Positions 28,667-38,827 of a DNA stretch of 64,000 bases are shown piece by piece (position 1 is the stretch's first letter; each line of letters starts with the position of its first letter). The notes under the pieces are model-generated. The model did not search any database and was not told the DNA's origin. It was given only the letters and a program-made list of their open reading frames with translations. Both the position numbers and the translations under genes were made by a program. Origin of the DNA: Bacteroidales bacterium (GTDB lineage Bacteria > Bacteroidota > Bacteroidia > Bacteroidales > VadinHA17); the NCBI GenBank assembly GCA_049294275.1, contig JBAQCQ010000093.1, positions 975 through 64,974 of the forward strand. The letters are read 5' to 3'.

Positions 28667-29425
28667 ATGAACAACACCTATTTTACCAGGAGAACGGTCA
28701 GGAAATATGAGGAGAAGGATGTTGACAACAGCCTGCTTGAAGGGATCCTCACTGCCGGCACGCGGGCTTCCACCACTGGAAACATGCAGGTATACAGTAT
28801 AATAGTGACCCGTGACCGGGAGATGAAGAGCCGGATGGCACCGGCACACTTCAACCAGCCTATGGTGACTGAGGCGCCGGTGGTTCTGACCTTCTGCGCC
28901 GACTTCAACAGGTTCAGCCGATGGTGCCGTCAGCGTGAGGCTGAACCGGGTTATGACAACTTTCTGTCGTTCATGACGGCCGCGATAGATGCACTGCTGG
29001 TCGCACAGACCGTTTGCAACGCTGCCGAGGAAGAGGGGCTGGGAATATGTTACCTGGGGACTGTGACCTATAATGCTGATCAGATTATTGAAGTTCTTAA
29101 ACTGCCGCGTGGTGTCGTACCTGTTGCCACCGTAACAATGGGCTGGCCGGCGCTGGTGCCTGAACAGCCTGACAGGCTGCCGCTGGAGGCTGTCGTGCAT
29201 CATGAGACCTACCGTGATTATACAGATGAGATGATTGATGATATCTACAGGGCGAAGGAGGCACGGGAGGATACCCTTCAGTTCATTGCCGAAAATAAAA
29301 AACAGACACTTGCACAGGTCTTCACCGACGTGCGCTACCGGAAGGCAGACAATGAGTTCTTCTCCTCAAAGTACCTGGAGGTAATCAGGAGGCAGGGATT
29401 CCTTGGGGAAGGCAGTAGGGAGTAG
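28667..29425 (+). CDS. Nitroreductase-family NAD(P)H oxidoreductase
   Basis: 252 aa. RRTVRKY, TTGNMQ, FNQPMV and LGICYLG fit the nitroreductase fold. The last codons and TAG stop lie in a heptad repeat. Confidence 0.75.
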   Translation: MNNTYFTRRTVRKYEEKDVDNSLLEGILTAGTRASTTGNMQVYSIIVTRDREMKSRMAPAHFNQPMVTEAPVVLTFCADFNRFSRWCRQREAEPGYDNFLSFMTAAIDALLVAQTVCNAAEEEGLGICYLGTVTYNADQIIEVLKLPRGVVPVATVTMGWPALVPEQPDRLPLEAVVHHETYRDYTDEMIDDIYRAKEAREDTLQFIAENKKQTLAQVFTDVRYRKADNEFFSSKYLEVIRRQGFLGEGSRE

Positions 29426-29438
29426 GCACCAGGCAGTA
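29411..29438 (+). repeat. Degenerate heptad repeat GGCAGTA GGGAGTA GGCACCA GGCAGTA
   Basis: Four phased units. The nitroreductase stop TAG (29423-25) is formed at a unit junction. Confidence 0.8.
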
Positions 29439-29447
29439 GTCGGCTGT

Positions 29448-30536
29448 CTACCTTTGATCCTGAAATGCAAATCCCAGCTCGGCGGCAACGTTGCGGAGGT
29501 CGTCAACCACGGCGGGGACCAGTTGTATCCCGGACTTCCTGTTAATTTCCTCAGCCTCCCGCTCGGGATCACCGGGAATCAATACTCTCGTCTCACCCTT
29601 TATTGGTTTAGCATTTCGGAATGTTCTTATCCACTTGTCCATTGAGCTCTTGAATTCATCAGCCGGTCTGAAGGCATCGATACGCATTGCTCCGAAAAAA
29701 TGGCCGGTACCCTTCCCGACCTGATTCCCGGGTACAGGCAGGTAGGCTACGCTTGGCGGCACAAATGGTCCGAAGTTGGCTCCGCTAAAGACCGAACTGA
29801 AGATATCGACGACTGCAGCCATGCAGTAACCCTTGTGGCTCCCGTGAAGACGGTCGCCGCCGAGCGTGAGCATCCCGCCTCCCCGGCGGAGTATGCCCGG
29901 ATCGTCTGACGGGTTGCCCTCGGCATCCTGTACAAACCCCAGCGGAATCTTCTCGCCCTTTTTCTCCGACACGGCCAGCTTGCCCCGGGCTATGGGGGTG
30001 GTGGCGAAATCTGCAATGAAAGGAGGTTCATGCAGTGCCGGTACCGCCACTGCAAGAGGATTGGTGCCAAGATAGCGGCTCACAGACCAGGTGGGAACAA
30101 CAAGCGGATTGGCGTTGGTGACGCATATCCCTGTCATGTCATGCTCAAGCGCCATCATGGCATAGTACCCGGCGATGCCGAAGTGGTTTGAGTTGCGTGC
30201 CGCCACCCAGCCTGTACCTGTGGCAGCTGCCTTCTCAATGGCCAGTTTCATCGATCTCACGCCTGATATCATCCCGAAGGACCTGTCGCCGTCGATCACG
30301 GCAGTAGAAGGGGTCTGGTGCACCACCTTCACATCGGGAGTGACATTCACCCGCCCGCTCTTCCACAGCTCATAATACTCCCTGATTCTTATCATACCGT
30401 GTGATGAGTGTCCGCGCAGCTCGGCCGCTATCAGCACCGAGGCAACGGTACCGGCATCCTCGCGGCTGCAACCGATGCGCATGAAAACGTCAGTGGTGAA
30501 TTCTAAAAGATACTTATGATCATACATACTGGTCAC
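29448..30536 (-). CDS. Ldh_2-family (malate/L-lactate/ureidoglycolate dehydrogenase type 2) oxidoreductase
   Basis: 362 aa. [19 protein letters not shown] and GSHKGY motifs. Confidence 0.8.
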   Translation of the reverse strand: MTSMYDHKYLLEFTTDVFMRIGCSREDAGTVASVLIAAELRGHSSHGMIRIREYYELWKSGRVNVTPDVKVVHQTPSTAVIDGDRSFGMISGVRSMKLAIEKAAATGTGWVAARNSNHFGIAGYYAMMALEHDMTGICVTNANPLVVPTWSVSRYLGTNPLAVAVPALHEPPFIADFATTPIARGKLAVSEKKGEKIPLGFVQDAEGNPSDDPGILRRGGGMLTLGGDRLHGSHKGYCMAAVVDIFSSVFSGANFGPFVPPSVAYLPVPGNQVGKGTGHFFGAMRIDAFRPADEFKSSMDKWIRTFRNAKPIKGETRVLIPGDPEREAEEINRKSGIQLVPAVVDDLRNVAAELGFAFQDQR

Positions 30537-30540
30537 CGGA

Positions 30541-30561
30541 ATTTGCTATTTGCGATTTATT
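30541..30561 (-). repeat. Degenerate heptads (minus strand AATAAAT CGCAAAT AGCAAAT) just upstream of the Ldh_2 start
   Basis: Plus strand reads ATTTGCT ATTTGCG ATTTATT. Same ATCGCAA/CGCAAAT unit as at 41233-41253. Confidence 0.6.
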
Positions 30562-30568
30562 TGGTATC

Positions 30569-30718
<150 letters not shown>

Positions 30719-30728
30719 TATTAGACTA

Positions 30729-33700
30729 CTATTTCCTGACGCGTACCGGATATGGCGGGCGAACAGGCTGAGCAGGCGGGTTTTTCCCGAGCTCCCTGAG
30801 GGCCACCTCAATGGCCTTCTCAAGTTGCGGATCCTTTCCCTCTATGACATCGGCAGGCCATTGTTCGACCTCTATGTCAGGTGCCACTCCCACATTTTCA
30901 ACGATGAAACCATCCTCAGTCCAGATAGCCAGGTTGGGGGCTGTCACCCCACCTCCGTCCATCAGTTCGGGAAAGCCGAGAGTCCCCACCAGGCCTCCCC
31001 ATGTGCGTTTGCCTACGAGTGTCCCCACCCCGAACTTCCGGAACATCCAGGGAAGCATGTCACCTCCCGATCCGGCTGTCTCGTCGATGATCATGACCTT
31101 GGGCCCCTGAATCGAGGCGCTGGGCGTCTTCAGATCCCTGCCGTAGCGCATGTTCCAGTACGACTGCAATGGCCGCTGCAGCAGATCAATGTAGTAGTCG
31201 GCAATCGAACCCCCGCCATTGAACCTTTCGTCAATGATGATGGCCTGCCTGTCAGCCTGCGGGAAGAAGTACCTCTTGAAGTATTCGTGTCCCTGTCCCG
31301 ATGTGTTGGGCACATATACATAGGCTACCCTTCCGTTCGTGGCTTCCGTCACCCTTCGCAGGTTCCTCTCCACCCAGTCGCGGTTCCGGAGTCCGCTTTC
31401 GCTGCCTACCGGGACAACCTTTATCACCCTTGAACCCTCGTAACCGGGGTTTGGCCCGACAGTCAGTTCAACTATCTTGCCGTCAGTATTTTCGAGGTAA
31501 CTGTGAATATTTTTATCACCTGTCACATCCCTGCCGTCGATGGCGAGAATATACTCGCCCTCCTTCACGTTGAGTCCGGGTTCTGTCAGCGGCGACCTGA
31601 GATCAGGATTCCAGTTAAGTCCTCCGAAGATTTTCTTCAGCCGGTAGCGGTTGTTCTCGATGCTGAAGTCGGCGCCGAGCAGTCCGCCGCCGACGCGCGG
31701 CGGTGTGGCCAGCCTGTCGCCTCCGCCCACCCTGTGGTGACCCACCGCCAGCTCACTGCACATCCACTGTATCACGCGGTTGAGATCGCTTCTGCAAGCG
31801 ATGTCAGGCAGGAACTGAGAGTATTTTACCTTCATTGCATTCCAGTCGGCACCGTGCATCCCCGGGTCATAGAAGAAATCGCGGTTGATCCTCCAGGCCT
31901 CATCGAAAATCTGAGGCCACTCGGCGACAGGGTCTATCTTCACCGTCAGGGCTGCAGTGCTGAGGATTCCCTTGCCGGGTTCCGGCTTCTTTCCGGCTGC
32001 GGTGATGCCAAATATCCGGCCCTTGCTATAGAGCATCTTTTTCCTGTCAGCGGAGACAATGTAGTTGTCGAGTTCCATGATCTCCTCGTCCTTCCTCTCC
32101 TTTACATTATACCTTCGCAGGGTCGAGGAGCCCTCTCTCTGCTGCGGCCTTACAATATACAGTATCTCACCGGTGGCTGCCACTCCGAGCCCGGAGTAAT
32201 TGCCGGCGGATACGGGAACATTGACTATCCTGTTCTGGATGCCGTCGGTTTCGATCTTCAGCTGTCCGCTCTTCATCTCAGAGGCCGGAGCTTTTTTCGG
32301 ATCCTTTTTTGCCGTTTTGGAGGCGGCATCGGTTAAGGGTTTTTCAGCTTCATCCTTCTGCTCCGTTCCCTTCTCTTCATCGCTCTCCTTGACAAATGGC
32401 GAAACGATATCTTTCGTCAGGGTAACGAGGTAGATTGAGTTGGTGCTCCTCATATCGAGTGCTGACAGATCGAACCAGTTTATTACCGGCCCTGCATCGG
32501 TTGAGGCAAAGAAGTACAGGAACTCCCCGTTGGGATCGAAGACCGGCTCAGAGGCATCGCTGAGTCCGTCTGTCACCTGGAACGATTTCTGCTGGTCAAC
32601 GGAATAGAGCCGGACAACCTTGAAGTATGTAGGCATCATCTTTGTATAGACTATCCACCTTGAATCGGATGACCAGTCACCGAACATACCCCTGAATGCT
32701 CCCGGGAAGTACAATTCGTCAGAATCTATTTTATTGATTTTTCCTGAAAGGATATCAATTATGTAAAGGTTTCTTCCGTTGTCAGTGAAGCATATTTTTT
32801 TACTGTCGGGTGACCATTTCGGGAAGGCATAGAATCCTGTTCCGGGAAGGGTGAAGATCCTTGGATCTCCCTTGCCGTCCTGCTGTCTGAGGTGAAGAGT
32901 GTACTCTCCGGAGGCATCGGAAAAATAAGCGATGGTTTTTCCGTCAGGAGACCATGCCGGGTATTTTTCATGAGCCCCGGTAGTGAGTGTTATGTTCCTG
33001 GGGTCTCCTTTTTCTGCAGGGAGGGTGATGATATCTCCCCTGAAACCGAAGACTGCGCGCGAGCCGGTGGGGGAGATGTCAGCGCTGCGGATATATGACG
33101 GACCCTGAACATAGCGGGGCCTCAGTTCAAGGAGGTCAGCGGCAATGGATACTGTCAGCTTCCTGGCCGTGCCTGTCCGGGTGTCAAATGAATGAAGATA
33201 ACCTGCCTGTTCGTAGACTATCATGCCATCGCCTTCAGAGGCTTTCAGCACAGGGAAATCGTTGTGGTTTGTAAGCTGGCGTACGTCACCACCTTTGTCA
33301 TCACAGGAGAAGAGGTTGAACTCTCCGTTCCTGTCGCTCAGGAAAAAGACCCGGTCACCGGTCCACACCGGCTCAACGTCATTGCAGCCGCCTGCGGGCT
33401 GCGGGATCTTCGCCACCGACCGGTCTGCAAAGGTGTAAAGCCATATTGTCGAGACTGTTCCTCCCCTGTAGTTCTTCCACTGTCCGAAGGCCGGGTAGAG
33501 GGGATTGTATGCTATCCTTCCGCCGTCAGGTGAGTATGTTGCATCGTAGGCGTTGGGGATCTCAAGCTGTACGGGATAATCTCCCCTGATGCTTACTGTA
33601 AACAGTTGTGTATACCTGCCGGAGAATGACGACCGCTGTGAGGTAAAGAGAACACGTGTTCCGTCGGGGGTGAAGCCTCTGACAACATCGTTCCCCGGAT

Positions 33701-34031
33701 GCCAGGTGAGTCTCACCGGCACTCCTCCTTCGACAGGTATCACGAATAGGTCTGTGTTGCCGTCATACTGGGCACTGAAGGCAATCAGTTTCCCGTCAGG
33801 CGAGAAGCAGGGGTCGGATTCTATTCCCTCATCCACGGTCAGTCGCCTGGGGGCAGAGCCGTCTCTGTTAATAACCCAGAGATCCTCCGCATAGATGAAT
33901 GCGATATGTGATGAGCTGACTGCCGGCTGTGACATCATCCTGGTGTCAGATGTGTTGACGGCATTCAGATCCTGTGCTGCGACGAACAGCAGGACAGTGA
34001 TCAGGAGTGTGAATGATGATTTTCTTTTCAT
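30729..34031 (-). CDS. Tricorn-protease-like S41 peptidase (beta-propellers + PDZ + S41 domain)
   Basis: 1100 aa with a signal peptide. TolB-like repeats (SPDG.. motifs), a PDZ region and a C-terminal S41 block ([21 protein letters not shown]). Confidence 0.8.
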   Translation of the reverse strand: MKRKSSFTLLITVLLFVAAQDLNAVNTSDTRMMSQPAVSSSHIAFIYAEDLWVINRDGSAPRRLTVDEGIESDPCFSPDGKLIAFSAQYDGNTDLFVIPVEGGVPVRLTWHPGNDVVRGFTPDGTRVLFTSQRSSFSGRYTQLFTVSIRGDYPVQLEIPNAYDATYSPDGGRIAYNPLYPAFGQWKNYRGGTVSTIWLYTFADRSVAKIPQPAGGCNDVEPVWTGDRVFFLSDRNGEFNLFSCDDKGGDVRQLTNHNDFPVLKASEGDGMIVYEQAGYLHSFDTRTGTARKLTVSIAADLLELRPRYVQGPSYIRSADISPTGSRAVFGFRGDIITLPAEKGDPRNITLTTGAHEKYPAWSPDGKTIAYFSDASGEYTLHLRQQDGKGDPRIFTLPGTGFYAFPKWSPDSKKICFTDNGRNLYIIDILSGKINKIDSDELYFPGAFRGMFGDWSSDSRWIVYTKMMPTYFKVVRLYSVDQQKSFQVTDGLSDASEPVFDPNGEFLYFFASTDAGPVINWFDLSALDMRSTNSIYLVTLTKDIVSPFVKESDEEKGTEQKDEAEKPLTDAASKTAKKDPKKAPASEMKSGQLKIETDGIQNRIVNVPVSAGNYSGLGVAATGEILYIVRPQQREGSSTLRRYNVKERKDEEIMELDNYIVSADRKKMLYSKGRIFGITAAGKKPEPGKGILSTAALTVKIDPVAEWPQIFDEAWRINRDFFYDPGMHGADWNAMKVKYSQFLPDIACRSDLNRVIQWMCSELAVGHHRVGGGDRLATPPRVGGGLLGADFSIENNRYRLKKIFGGLNWNPDLRSPLTEPGLNVKEGEYILAIDGRDVTGDKNIHSYLENTDGKIVELTVGPNPGYEGSRVIKVVPVGSESGLRNRDWVERNLRRVTEATNGRVAYVYVPNTSGQGHEYFKRYFFPQADRQAIIIDERFNGGGSIADYYIDLLQRPLQSYWNMRYGRDLKTPSASIQGPKVMIIDETAGSGGDMLPWMFRKFGVGTLVGKRTWGGLVGTLGFPELMDGGGVTAPNLAIWTEDGFIVENVGVAPDIEVEQWPADVIEGKDPQLEKAIEVALRELGKNPPAQPVRPPYPVRVRK

Positions 34032-34798
34032 GACTGTGTTGTTTTTCTGTAGCTGTAAAATGCGTTTGCCTGGGCTATAGGGGTGATGACAAGATCGTTA
34101 ATGCATACATGGTCAGGCACGGTGGCGCAGTAAAAGATCGCCTCCGCAATGTCTTCCCCTTTGAGAGGCTCTATGCCTGTATATACTGCCGCTGCCTTCA
34201 CGCTGTCTCCCCTGAAGCGTACGAGGGAGAACTCCGTCTCAACCATCCCGGGAGCAATGTTGGTGACCTTGATTCCATGCTTCAGGAGGTCAATGCGCAT
34301 GGCCTTGGAAAGGGCATCAACTGCATGCTTGGTTGCGCAGTAGACGGAACCGCTCTCATATACGTCCTTGCCCGCTATGGATGAGATATTTATGATGTGG
34401 CCTGCTCCCCTTTCAACCATTCCAGGCGAAACAGTCCTTGTGACATAAAGAAGGCCCCTTATGTTGGTGTCAATCATGCGCTCCCAGTCATCGGTATCCC
34501 CTTCATCGATGTGGCTGAGTCCGGCCGCCAGACCCGCATTGTTGACAAGGATATCGATCTTTTTCCAGCCATCAGGCAGATTCCCGAGGTGACTCCCGAC
34601 CTCACTCTTTGACCTGACATCGAAGCACAGGGTCAGCACCTCCGCTCCGTATCCGGAAGCAAGTTGCCCTGAGAGTTTATCGAGCCTCTCCTGCCTTCTT
34701 CCCGTAATGATGAGCCTGTATGACGCTTCCGCAAATTTCCTCGCTGTAGCCTCTCCAATTCCTGAAGTAGCTCCTGTTATAAGTACCGTTTTTCTCAT
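34028..34798 (-). CDS. SDR-family NADP-dependent oxidoreductase (YdfG-like)
   Basis: 256 aa. TGATSGIG, NNAG and YCATKHAV (YxxxK). ATGA overlap with the tricorn-like gene. Confidence 0.85.
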   Translation of the reverse strand: MRKTVLITGATSGIGEATARKFAEASYRLIITGRRQERLDKLSGQLASGYGAEVLTLCFDVRSKSEVGSHLGNLPDGWKKIDILVNNAGLAAGLSHIDEGDTDDWERMIDTNIRGLLYVTRTVSPGMVERGAGHIINISSIAGKDVYESGSVYCATKHAVDALSKAMRIDLLKHGIKVTNIAPGMVETEFSLVRFRGDSVKAAAVYTGIEPLKGEDIAEAIFYCATVPDHVCINDLVITPIAQANAFYSYRKTTQS

Positions 34799-34864
34799 GG
34801 GTTATATGTTTCAGAGGGGTAAATTTAAACATTATTTAGGGTATCTTTGGCCCGCAATTGCAAA

Positions 34865-35590
34865 ATGATGCCTGAAAAAAAAGAACAGAAAGGAGCTCCC
34901 CGTGAACAGGTCGAGGCGATGTTCGATTCAATATCGGGTCATTATGACAGGCTCAACCGTATCCTCTCGCTGGGCACCGACAGGCGCTGGCGCAGGAAGG
35001 CGGTCAACCTTATCGGGCTGCATATCAGGCCGGTGACCATGCTGGATGTGGCAACCGGGACGGGAGACCTGGCTATTGCAGCCCTGCGGCTCGGACCGCG
35101 CAGCATAACAGGGATAGACATAAGCGAAAAGATGCTTGATGAGGGTCGCCGGAAAATAATCCGAATGGGGCTCGGAGATAAAATCACTCTTGCCAGGGGC
35201 GACTCACGCCTCATTGAATTCAGCGACGGGACATTTGACGTGACGATGTGCGCCTTCGGGGTGAGGAATTTTGAAGACACACTGACCGGGCTGCGGGAGA
35301 TGTGCAGGGTCATCAGGCCGGGAGGGATGGTAATGGTGCTGGAGTTTTCAAAGCCGTCATTGTTCCCGCTGAAGCAGATATACGGACTCTACTTCAGGAG
35401 AGTTCTTCCGCGCATCGGGAGGATCGTATCGGGTGACCCCGGCGCATACACTTACCTGCCTGATTCGGTGATGGCGTTTCCCGACAACGAACGGTTCCTG
35501 GAACTGCTTGCCACAGCAGGATTCAGAGAGGTGAAACAGAAGAAACTGACGGGAGGAATAGCCAGCATTTACTATGGATTCAGACCATGA
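34865..35590 (+). CDS. menG: Demethylmenaquinone / ubiquinone methyltransferase (UbiE/MenG)
   Basis: FDSISGHYDRLNR, DVATGTGD (SAM motif I), FGVRNF. ATG at 34865 is preferred over TTG at 34847. Confidence 0.85.
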   Translation: MMPEKKEQKGAPREQVEAMFDSISGHYDRLNRILSLGTDRRWRRKAVNLIGLHIRPVTMLDVATGTGDLAIAALRLGPRSITGIDISEKMLDEGRRKIIRMGLGDKITLARGDSRLIEFSDGTFDVTMCAFGVRNFEDTLTGLREMCRVIRPGGMVMVLEFSKPSLFPLKQIYGLYFRRVLPRIGRIVSGDPGAYTYLPDSVMAFPDNERFLELLATAGFREVKQKKLTGGIASIYYGFRP

Positions 35591-35651
35591 ATCCCTTTAC
35601 CACAACAAATAGTGCTTTAATTCGTTGTAATTTTTAGGACTCTTCGTAATT

Positions 35652-36344
35652 GTGAATAAAAAAACTGCCATATTTCTCTTTCTGCTTATTCCTGTAGTGA
35701 TGACAGCACAGAAAGCGAAACCCAAGAATGACTCGAATTACGACGAGAGGCTGTTGCATTTCGGCTTCAGCATGGGTGTCAACACCATGGATTTCAACAT
35801 AAAGATGGCCGGTGAGTCGGGCCTGGTTGCCGAGGTGGTATCGCTTAAACCCGGCCTGAATATCCAGATTGTCACTGACTACCGCCCCTCAACCTATCTT
35901 GACTTCAGGTTCCTCCCGGGGGTGTCGTTCGGACAGCGGAACATAAATTTTTACCAGGACGGTGTTGCCTGGGGTGAGACGCAGGTCCTGGAATCATCAT
36001 TCCTTGAATTTCCTCTTCTTTTGAAGGCCAAGGGGATGAGGCTCAACAACGCCAGGCCTTACCTGATAGGCGGAATGAACTTCAGGTACGACCTTGCGGG
36101 CAAGAAGGAGTATGATGATACAAGAAATGTTTACATGAGGCTGAAGAGAGCCGACTTTTACTATGAGGCCGGGGCCGGCATTGACATTTACCTTCCTTAT
36201 TTTAAGCTTACCATAGAAGCCAAGATGTCAAACGGACTGCGTGACGTGCTGGTGCATGAGCCTGATGACCGTCATCCTGAATATGTCAGCGCTATCCAGT
36301 CGCTGAGGTCCCAGTTATGGGTACTCTCGTTCCATTTTGAATAG
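35652..36344 (+). CDS. PorT-family outer-membrane beta-barrel protein (possible T9SS PorT/SprT)
   Basis: 230 aa, GTG start, signal peptide ending TAQ, C-terminal ...LSFHFE. Its position directly after ubiE/menG recalls porT/sprT loci. Confidence 0.6.
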   Translation: MNKKTAIFLFLLIPVVMTAQKAKPKNDSNYDERLLHFGFSMGVNTMDFNIKMAGESGLVAEVVSLKPGLNIQIVTDYRPSTYLDFRFLPGVSFGQRNINFYQDGVAWGETQVLESSFLEFPLLLKAKGMRLNNARPYLIGGMNFRYDLAGKKEYDDTRNVYMRLKRADFYYEAGAGIDIYLPYFKLTIEAKMSNGLRDVLVHEPDDRHPEYVSAIQSLRSQLWVLSFHFE

Positions 36345-36346
36345 AG

Positions 36347-37885
36347 ATGGCTGAGGAGCTGAACCTGGTCCTGCCGCCACAGACAGCCTTCGACGAGGAT
36401 GCCCTGAGGCAATACCTTGCCAGGAGAACCGGCAGGAAGGATTTCACCATGCGGATAGTCAGAAGATCGGTCGATGCACGTAAGCCTGAGATCAAAATAA
36501 ACCTTACCGTTCAGCTTGCCGGACCGGATGAACCCCCGGAGGTGATACCTCCTCTTAAAATCAGGGATGTTTCACGTGCAAGGGAGGTGCTTGTTGCAGG
36601 CAGCGGTCCTGCAGGTCTTTTTGCGGCGCTGACCCTGATTGAGGCGGGATTGAAGCCGGTCATACTTGAGCGGGGCAGGGAGGTGAGAGAGCGCAAGCGC
36701 GATGTGGCGTCAATCAGCACTAAACACATAGTCGATTCCGATTCAAATTATTGTTTCGGTGAGGGTGGCGCCGGAACATTCTCTGACGGGAAGCTCTACA
36801 CCAGATCGAAGAAGAGGGGCGACAATCGCCGTGTACTGGAACTGCTGGTTCTCCACGGGGCCGATCCGGCCATTCTTTATGAGGCTCACCCACACCTCGG
36901 TACTGACAGGCTTCCCGGGATTATCAGCGCGGTACGCGGGAGCATCACAGCGGCTGGTGGGGAGGTGCTTTTCGGGAGACGGATAACGGGCCTGTCAATT
37001 GAGGAACGGACCTTCAGGGGGGTGACGGTAAACGGAAATGAGCTGATCAGGGCTGATGATCTCATTCTGGCCACAGGCCACTCGGCAAGGGATATCTACA
37101 GGATGCTGCTTGCCGCAGGCGTGAGGCTTGAATTCAAACCTTTTGCCATGGGTGTAAGGGTTGAGCACCCGCAGGAACTGATTGACATGATACAGTATCA
37201 CGGCAAGGCGAGAGGCCAGTATCTCCCGGCTGCGGCGTACACCCTTGTCACCCGGGCTGATGGCAGGGGCGTGTATTCATTCTGCATGTGCCCGGGTGGC
37301 TTCATGGTGCCCTCGGCAACGAGTCCCGGCGAAGTAGTGGTGAACGGGATGTCGCCTTCGCGGCGCAACTCACGGTGGGCCAACAGCGGCATTGTCAGCG
37401 AGATACGGGAAGAGGATGCAATGCAGTATGGCAGTGGTCCGCTTGCCGCAATGGAATACCAGCTTTTTCTTGAGCAGATGGCATGGAGGGAGGGAGGCAT
37501 GACGCAGCGTGCTCCGGCCCAGCGACTGACAGATTTTGTTGACGGCAAGGCCTCGGCGACATTACCCGAGGGGTCTTATTTCCCGGGGCTGACTGCCTCA
37601 CCGCTGCACGAATGGCTGCCGGCCGATATTGCCCTGAGGCTGCGTCAAGGATTCAGGGATTTCGGGAGGAAGATGAATGGATACCTTACGGACCAGGCTC
37701 TCGTGGCAGCGGTGGAATCGCGGACCTCCTCACCGGTCCGTATAACCCGTGACCCTGATCATCTGAATGCACTGAATATAGCCGGCTTATTCCCTGCAGG
37801 TGAAGGAGCCGGTTATGCGGGCGGCATTGTCTCGTCAGCAGTTGACGGAATGCTTGTTGCACAGGCAATAGGCAATAGGCAATAG
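36347..37885 (+). CDS. FAD-dependent oxidoreductase (COG2509-like)
   Basis: 512 aa. Dinucleotide-binding VAGSGPAGLFAA and C-terminal FPAGEGAGYAGGI. The last four codons plus TAG stop lie in a heptad repeat. Confidence 0.7.
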   Translation: MAEELNLVLPPQTAFDEDALRQYLARRTGRKDFTMRIVRRSVDARKPEIKINLTVQLAGPDEPPEVIPPLKIRDVSRAREVLVAGSGPAGLFAALTLIEAGLKPVILERGREVRERKRDVASISTKHIVDSDSNYCFGEGGAGTFSDGKLYTRSKKRGDNRRVLELLVLHGADPAILYEAHPHLGTDRLPGIISAVRGSITAAGGEVLFGRRITGLSIEERTFRGVTVNGNELIRADDLILATGHSARDIYRMLLAAGVRLEFKPFAMGVRVEHPQELIDMIQYHGKARGQYLPAAAYTLVTRADGRGVYSFCMCPGGFMVPSATSPGEVVVNGMSPSRRNSRWANSGIVSEIREEDAMQYGSGPLAAMEYQLFLEQMAWREGGMTQRAPAQRLTDFVDGKASATLPEGSYFPGLTASPLHEWLPADIALRLRQGFRDFGRKMNGYLTDQALVAAVESRTSSPVRITRDPDHLNALNIAGLFPAGEGAGYAGGIVSSAVDGMLVAQAIGNRQ

Positions 37886-37898
37886 GCAATAGGCGATA
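37864..37898 (+). repeat. Heptad tandem repeat (GGCAATA) x4 + GGCGATA
   Basis: Copies at 37864, 37871, 37878, 37885 and 37892. The FAD-oxidoreductase stop TAG (37883-85) is a unit junction. Confidence 0.95.
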
Positions 37899-37949
37899 AT
37901 AAGTTTTTAGCCTTCAGTCTTCAATCATCAATAAATCAGTGACTTACAT

Positions 37950-37980
37950 CGGCTGCCGGCTGCCGGCTGCCGGTTGCCGG
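37950..37980 (-). repeat. Heptad tandem repeat, plus strand (CGGCTGC) x3 + CGGTTGC + partial; minus/sense strand (CCGGCAG)n
   Basis: Begins 2 nt after the TGA stop (37983-85) of the minus-strand TrmH-family gene. Confidence 0.9.
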
Positions 37981-37982
37981 TT

Positions 37983-38765
37983 TCATCTTTGCTGCCTCCT
38001 GGCAAACTCCGAGCAGATGATCGCTGCAGCCATGCTGACATTCAGAGATTCCAGTCCTGCCAGCGGTTTCCCCGGACCCGGTATTGTTATGCGCCTGGTG
38101 ACATAGCCAAGCAATTCTTCGGAGATTCCTTTCGATTCGTTTCCAAAAAGGATTATCCCTTCACTGCCGAGGTCACTTTCATAGACTGACCTGCCATCAA
38201 TGGTGGTCCCGTATACAGGCAGGCCTCCGCTGACCGCTTTTCCCAGGAATGCCTCCAGGGGCCTGTACCATACAGACACATGCATGAAAGCTCCCATGGT
38301 CGCCTGTATCACTTTGGGGTTGTAAAAGTCAACACAGTCGGGAGAACAGACAATATTCCCAATCCCGAACCAGGCGGCAATGCGTATGATGGTCCCCAGG
38401 TTGCCGGGGTCCTGCACATATTCCAGGACCGGAGTCAGCTTTCCGGCAAGAATGGTGTCGGAATATTCGCTTTTAATCATGGGTGCTACAGCAAGTACAT
38501 TGTGCGGTGTCCGGAGTGAGCTGATACGCCTCAGCTCCTCATAACTGACGGTGACAGTCTCGTCAGCACCTTCCGTGACCCCGGCCGGCTCTCCGTCAAT
38601 CCATTCGGGCTTGCCTGCGAGAAGCCTGACCCTGTTTCCCGCCAGGATATATTCACGCACAAGCTTGTCACCCTCGATGACAAAAAGTGAATTCTCCTCC
38701 CTGACCTTTCTTTTCCGGAGCGAGAGTATCATTTTGACCTGGTTCCGGGTGATCATCTTATGCAT
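37983..38765 (-). CDS. TrmH/SpoU-family RNA 2'-O-methyltransferase (RlmB-like)
   Basis: 260 aa. DPGNLGTIIR, ILFGNESKGIS and LESLNVSMAAAI SpoU motifs. Confidence 0.8.
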   Translation of the reverse strand: MHKMITRNQVKMILSLRKRKVREENSLFVIEGDKLVREYILAGNRVRLLAGKPEWIDGEPAGVTEGADETVTVSYEELRRISSLRTPHNVLAVAPMIKSEYSDTILAGKLTPVLEYVQDPGNLGTIIRIAAWFGIGNIVCSPDCVDFYNPKVIQATMGAFMHVSVWYRPLEAFLGKAVSGGLPVYGTTIDGRSVYESDLGSEGIILFGNESKGISEELLGYVTRRITIPGPGKPLAGLESLNVSMAAAIICSEFARRQQR

Positions 38766-38797
38766 GGCCGGGAAATTGAAAATAGAGTTTATAGTGG

Positions 38798-38805
38798 TAT
38801 ATTTG
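38798..38805 (+). promoter_or_regulatory. Putative -7 promoter element TATATTTG
   Basis: Matches TAnnTTTG, with a TTG 19 nt upstream (38776-78). It lies just before or over the longest-ORF start, arguing for the later TTG start at 38828. Confidence 0.4.
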
Positions 38806-38827
38806 CTTGCACATTCTTATATTTAAG

